DNA from: Candidatus Aenigmatarchaeota archaeon
GTDB taxonomy: Archaea > Aenigmatarchaeota > Aenigmatarchaeia > CG10238-14 > SCSR01
Length of the DNA stretch: 64,000 nt
Assembly (NCBI GenBank): GCA_038998335.1
Contig: JAVZHQ010000001.1
Coordinates: 576,001-640,000 of the forward strand
Direction of reading: 5' to 3'
The notes beneath the pieces are model-generated. The model made no database searches, was not told the DNA's origin, and saw only the letters and a program-made list of their open reading frames with translations. The position numbers and the translations under genes were made by a program. Numbering within the stretch: position 1 is the first letter of the stretch; each line of letters begins with the position of its first letter. Of this stretch, positions 15,001 to 27,000 are shown in pieces.

Positions 15001-18000
15001 ATAAACGCTCCACCAAGCTATCAAAATCCACAAGTAAACCCAAGCAAAGGAGGATGGGGTTCTAAGTATAACTTTAGCATAGAAGTTAAGGATACAGACT
15101 TAGACTCGGTTAATTGTAGCTTGTTTGTTTCAACAGACGATGGTTTAACTTGGCGTTATGTAAATTCAACGATAATTTCTGGAAGTAGCGAGTGGCAGAG
15201 TTGCAGCTTTACTGTTGAACCTTATGGTTGTAACTCAACCTATTATGATGTAGGCAATGATAATTGGTTTAGGTTTAACTTGACAGATGAAGTAGGACAA
15301 ACTGTTACAGTAACTTTGCCAGGTCCAGAAATAACAAAAGATAACATAACAATAATTTATGTTTATGGAAATAACACAAACATAACAAGAGCTTCTGGTT
15401 TCTTACCTCTAAAAGTTTATGTTTTTGACTTAACAAGAAACAAGCCTGTAGGATCTTATGGCTCTGCCCAAGCAAGAATAAGCTTTAACGTTACTACAGA
15501 TGGAACAAACTATATAGTTGTAGGTTCGAATCAAACCTATGCCTCATTGCCTGGAAACGTTACTTTTAACTTTGACCCAGATTGCAGGTTTGATGTTGGT
15601 TATCAAGAATGGTTTGCCTTTTACAACTCTACCATAGGAGCTGGTGGAGAATGCTATTACTATAACGAAAGTGAAAGGTTTAGTATAGGAATTGTTGGCC
15701 AACTAGTAAATTATGTTGTTTCTCCAAACTCAACTAAGAATAGGTTTGTTAGAGAAGAAGAAAACATAACTTTCAGGGGAAATGTAACAACTGATTGTCC
15801 AGCAAAAGACGGTTTAATAACCAATGCTAATGTAACTTTTGAAGCAACTCATGTTGGAACTGGAGGAAAATATTATTGCGATGAACCTTTAGTAAATGAA
15901 GGTAATGGATATTATAGCTGCTTGTTCATAAATAACGCAAGCAAGCCAACAAGAAACTACAAGCTTAACATGAGCTCTTCTAACGTAAGCTGGTTTAATC
16001 CAACTTGGACAGAAGTTACTGGTTTATGTACGCCAACGCCTTGCGCTTTCTTTGTTGTAACAAAACCAAGCTTATCAAGCCCAAGCTTTTCTTATACTCA
16101 AGACGGAGGTTGGGGAGAATCCTGGCAGTTTAGCGTCACTTTAAGCGATCCTGACTTAGATGTAAACACTGTTAGATTATGGGTTAGAAATATAACTCCT
16201 GCTCCTTCAGCATGTCCAGAAGCTTCTGCTTGGCCAGACTTTTACTTGAAAGGAAGTCAAAGTGTTTCTCAAGGTAATGTTATATTTAACTATCCTTCAC
16301 CAGCATTTAGCTCAGCCTGTGCAGGGGTAAGCTTTGAATTCTTCTTCAACACAAGCGATGGCGAAAGATCAGCAAACACAAGCCTGCTTACCTTTACTGT
16401 ACAAAAAGATGATGTAAACATAACCTTAGTAGAAGGGAATAATGCTTTGCTTAACAGAAGCTTAGCTCCTTCTCAAGAAAACGTTACTTTTAGCATAAGA
16501 ATTTACGATACTGATAGAAATGTTTTGTTGGGAGTTGGTACACCTGGAACGATAAAGTTTTACGTTACCACAGATCCGAACAATCCAAACAGTTTTGTTG
16601 TAGAAGAAACCATACCACAAGTTGGAGCAGGAGGTTTTGTAAATCACACTTTTCCAAAAGCAGAAACAAGATGCAATTATGGAATTGGCCCCTTAAGATG
16701 GAGAGCAGAGTTTGGTTCAACTAGCACAATATACAAAGCAACAAACTCTACTTCAACTTATGGCGATGATTTCTACATAACCTTAATAACCTATCCTCTT
16801 CAAGTCAGCGTTATTGCACCAAACAATCAAAGCTTTAGAAGAAATGTAGATTTGATAACTTATGTTGGTAATGTTAGCGATGATTGTGGAGGAGTAAAAG
16901 GGGCAAGCGTTGAATTTAGAGCTTATCCAGAAGAAATCAATCCATCTTCAACTTGTTTGCCTTCTGAAGTTACAGATCATGAGAACGGAACTTACTCTTG
17001 CTCAAGAATGCCTTCAGAAGATTGGCAGATGACTTATCATAATTTAAGAATAAACGCTTCGAAGCAGTACTATGAACCTTCTGAAATTTTTGAAAAGCAG
17101 GATTCTTTTGTTATAGTAACAAATCCCACTATAACAATTTTGCCGCCAACAAGCAAATGTAGAGCTCCTGAATGCTTAGGCAGCGATAACAACTTTGGAT
17201 GGGGCGAACTTTGGAACTTTTCAGCAATAGTTCAAGATTTGGATCAAGGTGCATACTCTTTTGAAAGACTGAACATAAGCTTATGGATAGATTTTGGCTC
17301 AGGCTATCAGCTTATTAACTCAACTATTTGTGCAGCACCAACTTGCCTATCACCAAGACTTATAACTTTCCTACAAACTTTTGATTGTGGAAAAATAGGA
17401 AGTTGGAATTATAAGATAAACGTTTCTGATTATTGGGGTTATAAGAATGAAAGTTCTGGAGGAATAACAATTAATCCGAATAGCGTAGAAGTTGAGTATG
17501 TCTCAAGTCCAACAAAAATCGACCGAGAAATCGGAGCAACACAAGGAACTTTTGTTCTTAGGATAAAAGATTTGGATAAAGATGAATACTTACCTTCTGG
17601 AAGAAACGCTTCGTTCTTCTTCACGAAAGATGGCTCAACTTTTATTGTTAAAAATGATGTAAAAACAAACTCTTCTGGTTATATAAACATAACTTTAGAC
17701 CCAGATTGCTCTTACTCTGTAGGAATACAAAAGTGGGACGGAGGAATTTCAGGAGATTATTGCTATTATAGCGAGAACTATACTCAAAGGATAGGAGGAC
17801 CTTATGCTCCTCCCGAGTATAATATAAGCGGACAAATAAAAGTTAACATTTTACAACCTTATTATCAGCAAATCTTTAACGTTACTCAGCAAATCTTGAT
17901 AAGGTTTAACACAACTTCTGATTGCCCAGAAGAAGGTTTAATAGCGAACGCAACATATCCTTTAGCTCAAATCGAGTTAAGATCACCTTATGGTGAATGG

Positions 18001-21000
18001 GAAACTTGCTTGCCTTTAAACAATGAATATGATGGTTGGTATAATTGTACTTGGGACTCGACTAATAAAAAAGAAGGTTATTGGAGTATAAACTTGACTG
18101 CAAGCAAGCTTCCAGATTATAACTTAAACGAAACGATGTTTGAAAACTGGTTCTGGCTTGAAAACATTTATAGTGTTGCTGAAAACGCAAGCGTTTCACC
18201 AAGCGAAGCAGGTTGGTCAAGAGTTTTTAATTATTCGATTGAAGTTTATGATCAAGAAGGGGATACAATAAACTGCTCTTTATTCGTTAGTAAAGATAAC
18301 AAGCAAACCTGGGAGTATAAAGGAAGTTATATAATTCAAGGAACTCCTGGAATTCCTACACAAGGAACTTGTTGGGTTGCTTTGCATGATTTTTCATGCG
18401 AAGATATAGATAAACCAGAAGGTCAAGAGTGGATTGTAAGTAAGGCAAAATGGTTTAAGTGGAAGATTGAAAATGGAGAACCTAGCAATACTTATAATAC
18501 TTCAGAGTTTCAAGGGCCAAACATAACTGAATCTCAAGTTTTAATTAGTTATATAGTTGGTGATAATAGCTATGTTAATAGAAGTTCTGGAATAAATCAA
18601 GTTGTAAGATTAGCTGTAAACGTTTTTGATTTGGAAAACTTAAGCTGTGCTTCTAACGTAAACGTAAGCTTCTGGGTTACTCATGACAATTCTAATTATC
18701 AGCTCGATATAGTAAACCAAACTGATAGTTACGGAAATGCAAGCTATTACTTTAACCCAGATTGTTCTTACTCAACAGGAAAACAATACTGGATAGCTGG
18801 AGTAACTGATTCTTGCTATATGAATACAAATGCTTCAAGCAATTTCACGGTTTATGTTATAGGAGATTTGATTCCAATTATACTTTCACCGAAAGGAGAG
18901 AAGTACTTAAGAAGTAATTATGAAGACGGTCAGCTTGTTCCTTTCAAAACTTTTGTAAAAGATGAGTGCGGCTTAGCTATAGTTAATGCTCAAGTTAATT
19001 TCAGTGGAATAAAAGATTCAGAAGTTAAGTGGTGTTCTCAAGTTACAAACCTTGGTGATGGCAATTATACTTGCGAACTTAACACGAGCAACTTTAAAGC
19101 ACAAGGTTGGAATTCTAGTGTAAACGTTTCTGCAAACTTTTACAATTCAAACTCTTCTTTAGAAATTTTTGTTATCTGGCAGAAAGGATTCTGGGTTGAA
19201 ACTAAACCAATACTAACAACAGATTGGTGGTATGAAAGCAGAGATTATCTTGGGAATTTGGGAGACGGAAGCTGGGGAGAAACCTGGTACTTTAGAGTTA
19301 ATGCTAGCGATGAAGATTATGACATTTTGGAAGTTAAACTTTGGGTAAACTCAAGTCAAGTTGGAGGTGACTGGGCCCAACCATTACCAGTATACATGAC
19401 AAACTCAAGCGTTCAAGGGAAAAATGTAACAGTTATTTTTATCATACCAGGATGGCCAAGCCATTCAAACCCAGGTCTAGGCTTTCATGTATTCAAGTTT
19501 AACGTTAGCGAAGTAAAAGATATCTATAACAATGCAACAAAAGATTTTGTTAATAACACTTATGAAATAGGAAATGGAAACTTTACAATAACAAAAGATG
19601 ATTTGCTTCTAATACATGTTGAAGGAAATAACACTTCTGTTCATAGACCAGGAAACAATTACCAAACTTTAAGTGTAAAAGTTTTCGATAGAGATAAAGG
19701 AAGTGATGTAACAAGTGGAATTTTAAGCACAAACGTAAGAATATGGGTAACTAACGATCTAGCTTCCAACTTTACTTCAATTCCTTCAACCTTCTCTTCA
19801 GGTTATATAAACACTTCTGCCTTACAATTCGATCCTGATTGCAGCTTTAGAGTTGGACCACAAAAGTGGAAGGCTGGTGTGCTTTATACAGATGCTTACA
19901 AGGCAACAAACTCTTCTGACTTCTTTATAAACATAACAACAGATCCTTTGAAGGTTGAACTTTTACAACCGTTAGATGCAAAACTTTACTTGAAAGGAAT
20001 AGAAGATGTTCCTGTTAAAGTTAAAGTTACAGATGAATGTGGAGGAGTAAGCGAAGCAAACGTTACAATAATTTCTCAGCAGCTAGGAGCCTATCCTCCA
20101 AACAAGGATTGTGTTGAAGATCAAAGTCCAAAAGGTCAAATATTTTACGAAGGAAGTGGAATTTATAACTGCACCTTCAGAGCAGACACAACTGCACAAG
20201 AAGAACCGGCATGGCTTTATGGTTATACTAATGTTTCAGTCCAAGCTTTCAAAGCTTACTATAACTCTAGTGAAGTAAATTTCACGATAAACTCTTACTA
20301 TTTAGCATCCAAACCAGAAATTACTCTGAAATCCCTCTACACAGATTATGGAACAAGTGGGTGGGGAGAAAACTGGCATTTCCCAGTTGACATAGAAGAT
20401 AAAGATTATAATGCTCAGCTTGGGTCAACTATAAACGTATACTTCTGGCTAAACTTGACAGGAAGCTGGCAGCTTTTTGCAAGCAAAACTTGTGTTCCTG
20501 CAACCGGAAACTGCACAAACTTAGAGTTCTATCCTGTTAACTTTACTTGCAACAGAACTTATAGCGATATAGGAGTGAAAGGTTACAAGGTAAATGCAAG
20601 CGATAATTTTGGTTATAAAGATGAGAAAGAAGCAACCTTTACCATAACTCAAGATCAGGCTGACATAGCTGACGTTAAATACTCAAAATCAATTATCGCA
20701 AGAGAGTTTAGCGACTCTGCATGGTTTGCTGCCTTGTTTGTTGACACGATAAGAGGGTTAGAAATAACTTATGAAAATGTTAGTGGAAGAATTTACATAA
20801 CAACCGACAACTCAAACTATTTGTTCAATTCAAGCTTATTATCTCAACCAAACGGTTACTTGAACTATACTTTTGATCCTAATTGTAGCTTTTCAGTTGG
20901 AATACAAAAATGGAAGATTAACTTAGAAGATTCTTGCTATTATACTGCAACTTCAGGAGATCAAGAGTTTACTGTAGTTGGACAACTAAAGAATTTCTTG

Positions 21001-24000
21001 GTAGAGCCTTCTTATGGCTCAATAATAGAAATAGAAGTAGGAAAAACTGCTAACATAACTTCAAGTATAAAGGGAGAATGCGGAGAAAATGTTGAAGGGG
21101 CAAGCGTAACTCACGAAGCAAGATGGCCAGACTCAACTTTTGAAAATATTGTTCCAGTGGAAGAATTGGGCTCAGGCTTGTACAATTCAACATGGAACTT
21201 AACTTTCAAGAAAGGAGGTTATTATGGCTTTAGAATTAACTCAAGTAAAGAATATTACTATCCAAACTCGAGCTTGTTTGCTGATTGGGTTTACTTGAAC
21301 AACACTCCACCTCTCTATTCAAACCCAAGAGTTTCTCCTGGAACAGAAGGTTGGGGTTCCTACTTTAACTTTAGTATAGAAATTAACGATGCTCAGCAAG
21401 ATAATGTTACTTGTACTCTATTTACTTCAACAGATAATCAGCAAACTTGGGTTGAAAGAGGAAGTACAATAGTTTATGGTGGTATAGGCTTATGTAGCAT
21501 AAACGTTACTTTTGAGTGTAGCGATATAGGAGAAGATAATTGGTTTAAGTGGCAGTTAGATGATGGGACAAACGTTTTTAACATTTCAGCTGTTCAAGGA
21601 CCAAACATCACAGCAGATGATGTAATAATCTATTATATTTATGGAAATGAAACAAAAGTAAATAGAAGCGATAGTTCTATTGGTAATATTCAACTTTTAG
21701 TAGTTGGAGTTAACGATACTGACAGAAAAGTTCCAGCTAATGCTACAGTAACATTTTACGTAACAAAGGACGGTAACACTTTCTTGTACGAAAGTAATAT
21801 AACAAATTCAAGTGGAATAGCAACTTACTACTTTAACCCAGATTGTAACTATAACCCTGGCTTACAAAAATGGTATGCAGCAGTAACAGATTACTGCTAT
21901 TCTTACCAAAGAACTCAAAACTACAGTATAGAAATTTATGCAGATTTTGTTTATTCCCCATCAGCTTACAGACAAGGCTTTACTACTGATAAAACAATTT
22001 TACGCTCAGAGCAAAACGTTACTCTTGATGCAGGAAACCCAAACATTGCTGAAGAAATGACAATAAGAGATGATTGTGGAGGAGAAATTGATGTTGATTG
22101 GATAAGCATGCAAGCAATTCATAACTTAACCGGAGAAACTTATAGCTGCACTGAAATAATTAATCCTGCAGTAGGAATTTACAGATGCGCAAGAAATACA
22201 AGCGATATGAAAGCAAGGTGGTACGATGTTTTGGTTAGCGTTTCAAAAGAATATTTCAACAATAAATCAGTAAGAAAAACGCAAGAATTCTTCGTAGAAA
22301 CTAAGCCTGAACTAAGGAATTTAACCGTAAAATCAACTCAAGGAGGAGAAACAGGAGGATGGGGCGAGAGATTCTACTTTAACGTTACTGTTACTGATGA
22401 AGATTATGATTTTGTTAATGTTACTCTTTATGTGAGAAGGGTTGGCTCAACTTACTGGATACTAGCAAACAAAACAGACTTGGATTCACCAGTAATAAAC
22501 AGAACAATAACTTTAAGCTGGGTAAGAGAAACATGCGATGCAAGCCATTCAGACCCATATCCTCATGCTTGGGAGTTTAAGTTTAACGCAAGCGACGATC
22601 CAAACTATCCATTGCCTTACGAGGATATGTATGAAAGTACAATAGAGCCAGCAAACTTCTACTTGGAAAAAGACGATGTAAGCTTGCAGCTAATGAGTGG
22701 AAATAACGTTGAAGTTTGGAGGAACGGAACTGATTCAAAATTGCTAAGCTTAAAAGTAATAGATACAGACTTAAACAATTTGCCAGTAGGTTCAGGAGTT
22801 AACGGAAGCTTCTGGGTAACAACTAATGGGTTAATTTTTGCAGGACAAAAGATTTCTGAAACTGATGAATACGGAAACTTAACTTACAACTTCCCGCAAG
22901 ACTTGCCTTCTGGCCAAAACAAGTGTGATTTCAAGACAGGAATACAAAAATGGTTTGCAGGCGTTTATAACGATGCTTGCTATAAGGATAAAAACAGCAC
23001 AAACTATACTATAACAATAAAATCTTTGCTTTTGCCTTTAATTTACTATCCTTCAGGGCAAGGTTTCCTTAGAGGAGATAATGTTCCAGTTCAAGGTTTC
23101 TTAACAGATGAATGCAGCTATGTGGAAAATGCGACTGTAGTCTTTACCTTTATTCCTCAAGCTGGTTCGCCTTATCAGTGCACAATAACTGATAATAATG
23201 GTTGGATAGAAGGTGAAGGTTGGTATAATTGTACTAAGAATACTGCAGGAAAACCAAAAGGTTGGTACAACCTTAGCATGAGCACTAGTAAAACTTATTA
23301 TGCAAGCAATTCAACCCTCAAACCTTTTGCCTTCTTCTTAGGAGATAAGCCAGTTTTGAGCAACCCAAGGGTTGACCATTACACTGGAGGTTGGGGTGAG
23401 CAGTATACTTTTACTGTTACTTTCACTGATGCTGACTTGAACATAAACAACGTAAGCTTGTGGAAGAGTTATGATAATGTTACTTGGTACTTAGTTGAGA
23501 TGAAGCAAGTCCAAGGAATAGGAATAGACGTAAGCTTTACTCACAGGTTTACTTGCGAAGATTATGCAAAGCAAGCGCCTTACTTCTACTTCAAGTTTAA
23601 CACTACTGATCCCTTTGGCTTTACAGACGAAACAGCTTCAAGAAACATGACCTTGGAAAGAGATAACGTTACTTTAACCTTAAGCTTAGCAAGCAACTCA
23701 AGCGTGAGAAGAATAGGAGATAACTTTGCTTACTTAGAGTTTAGGATTTATGATACAGATTATCAAAACTATCCAAGCAATGCTAACGGAACTATTTGGG
23801 TGACAAAAGATGGCCTAAACTTTTCTGTTGCTTATGAGTGCACTTCCTCTCAAGGGTACTGCTCTGCTTTGCACAATCCAGATTGCGACTCTTCTGTTGG
23901 TTTACAATACTGGAAAGGAGGAATAGTAGAGAAAGATGGTTTTAGCTGCTACCAAGTTATCAATTCTTCAGTTTTCAACTTTACTGTTTACGGTCAGCTT

Positions 24001-27000
24001 AATATTTCAATAATTTCACCTGAACAAGGAAAAATATTGAACAGAGGAAAAACTCACAGCTTTAACGCAAGCGTTAAGAATGACTGTGGAGAAGAAGTAA
24101 ACGATGCAAGTATTAACTGGTACAACTCTTCCTGGCACTCCTTAGCTTCTGGTTATAATACAAGCTGGCTTGTTCCTATAACATACAAGCTTGGGCCTGA
24201 AACTATTTATTCAAACGTTTCAAGGCAATACTACGACGGAAACTACAACTTCAGCTCAGTCTACATTTATGGTTGGAGCGAAATAGACTCAATTTCTCCT
24301 GCCAATTCTTCAAGCTATGCTGCTGGCACACCAATAACAATAACTTGTCATGTGAGAGATTCTAATACTTCGCAACCAATACCAAACTATACTGTCAGCT
24401 TTTTGAAGAACGGAGAATCTTTGGAAAACGCAAGTACAGATTCACAAGGATATGCAAGCATAGTTTGGTACACTAACTTGGAAGGGGCAGGATGGTACAA
24501 CTTAACTTGCTTTATTGAAAGCAACTCAACTTTATACTATAATGCTACTTTAGCACAAATGGAAACTTGGATAAGGCTCAGCAGACCTTTACAAATTGAT
24601 CAAATAATTCCTCAATATCCTTGGGTTTATAGAAACGATTCTTTCACTCCTTACCAAACAAACATAAGCGTTCATGTTAGGGATGCTCAAATAGGGCATG
24701 CTAGCAACGCAAACATTAGCTTCTACAACTCAACTCATTTCTTATTCAGTTGCTTAACAAACTCAACAGGATGGTGCGAGCTAATTGACTTTAACCCACC
24801 AGACGATTACACTCCTTCACCTTATTGGATATACATAAACGCAACAAGGCCAGGAAATGAAGATTCTCTCACTAATTCAACTTCAATAACAGTTAAAGGA
24901 ATTTTATTTGTTAACATTACTTCACCACTAAACGAAAGTCTTCATCCAAAATCAGAAGCTATAGATTTAAGCGCAACTGTAATAAGTGAAAATGGAGAAA
25001 ACTCTTCTGTTCTTAACCCGACAGTTAAATGGTACAACGAAACTGCATTGCTTGCTGTAGGCTTAGAAGTAACTCTGCCTCAGCCAATAGTTGCTCAGCA
25101 AAGAACAGGACCTCATCAGCTTATGGCAATTGCAAGCAAAAGTTATTATGAAGATGGAAAATCAAACGTTAGTATAATAATAACTGGTTTAGCAGATGTT
25201 GTTTGGATTTCGCCAATAGGAATAACTCCCTATCCAGAAGAATTCTATCCAACTTGTTTGGTAAAAGATCATGAATCTGGAGCAGGAATTTCTGATTATG
25301 AGGTCAACTTTTCTTACAAGTGGGAACCTTCCTCTGAATTTATATTTAACGGAAGTTATACAACTAATTCTTCTGGTTATGCAAGTTATGTTTTTATTCC
25401 AACACAAAAAGGAAACATTACTTTTAATTGTTCTATAGGACCAAACGCTACTCAGTACTATTCACCAAACATAAAAGAAGCGATAGAAACGATTTGGGTA
25501 AAAGATATAAGCTTGCCAAAAATCTTTAACTTTTCTGTAATTCCAAACTCAAGCATAGAAGCAAACCTTAATCTTACTTACATAAACGCAACAATAATTG
25601 ACAATTATGCTGTAGAATCTGTCTGGGCAAACATTACTTTGCCGAATGGAAGCATAGTAATAGTTCCTATGAGCAATATAAGTGTGCCGGAAACAGGTTT
25701 TGGATTTTTCAGAGCAACTTATTCCGCAAGCTACCTTCCACCGATCGGAGGAGAGTATAACATAAGCGTTTATGCAAGAGATTATCCACCAGAATCTAAC
25801 GTTAATAGTACTTTTGTTGGTAACATAAGCGTTTGGGGGAAGATTTCTGGCTTGGTTGAGCAACTTCCTGCCAACATAGTAGCTTATAACATAACTCAAA
25901 CTCAAGGCTTTACTTTTGAAGTTTCTGTTAACTTTACTAACTTAGGACCAGCAACCGCTTATTCTGTTAACTTGACTCATGCAGAAGATCCTTTAGGTTC
26001 GCTAACTTATAATGAAAGCAGAAAAGAGTGTGGAACAGTTTATGCAGGACAAACCTGCTCTTGGGTTTTCAAAATAACTGTACCAGAAAAAACTTCTCCG
26101 CAGCTAATAAGAGCTTATACTATAGCTACATGGCAAAACCCTGATAAAACTGTTGAGCAAAAACTGAATGAAACATCAATAACAGTTTCTTCAAATCCTG
26201 TAATAGAGATTATTCCAAAGAGCATAAACAAAACAACTCCTCACGACTTGACAACTTATATTGGTAATATAACAACTTATGCCTCTGGAAATGATGAAGT
26301 AAGAGATGTTTCAATAAGCACAGTTGGAGGAAACCTTGCTTTTGATTGTCCACTTTGTGTTTTATCTATAATTCCAAACTCTTATGGCTTGCTTCCAGCA
26401 GGCGAAAGTTTTGTCTCAGATATAACGATAACAGTACCTGCAGGTCAAGCACCAGGAATTTACTGGACAAAAGTAAGAGCAAGCTCTAGTAATGCAGGCT
26501 ATGATGAAATGCTTCTCAACTTAACAATACCAATAAATACTTCTTGGATAAGAAGCCCAGAAAGCTTCGGTTATGTTTTACTTCCCTTAAACACAAGCGG
26601 AACCATAGGGAATATAACCGTAACAAACATAGGAAATGTAAAAATACCTTTCGAGATTCTTAAGTCTGGAAATGGAAGTATTTTTGTTACTGCTTATCCT
26701 TCAGGAGCAAAAGGAACAACTGCCTTTGACTTAGAAAAACAAGTTTCAAGAAACGTTAGTGTTGACTATTCAGTTCCTTGGAATGCTTATCAAGCAATTT
26801 ACACTGTAAACATAGTTATAAGAAACGTTACTTTTGCAAACCCACCTGAAAGAATAACAACAATAATACTTAACGTTACTGATGTCCCACCAACAATAAC
26901 TGACATAATAGTTGAGCCAAGAGTTTTTGAAATAGGTTTTGAAAACGTTACTATACAAGCAAAGATTACTGATAATTTTGCAGTGGATAAAGCATGGGTT

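Noticed and set aside
5965-24270. Repeat array as CRISPR or an assembly artefact
   Set aside because: Units are ~1 kb, coding and strongly diverged at the DNA level, so they are neither CRISPR repeats nor duplicated reads.
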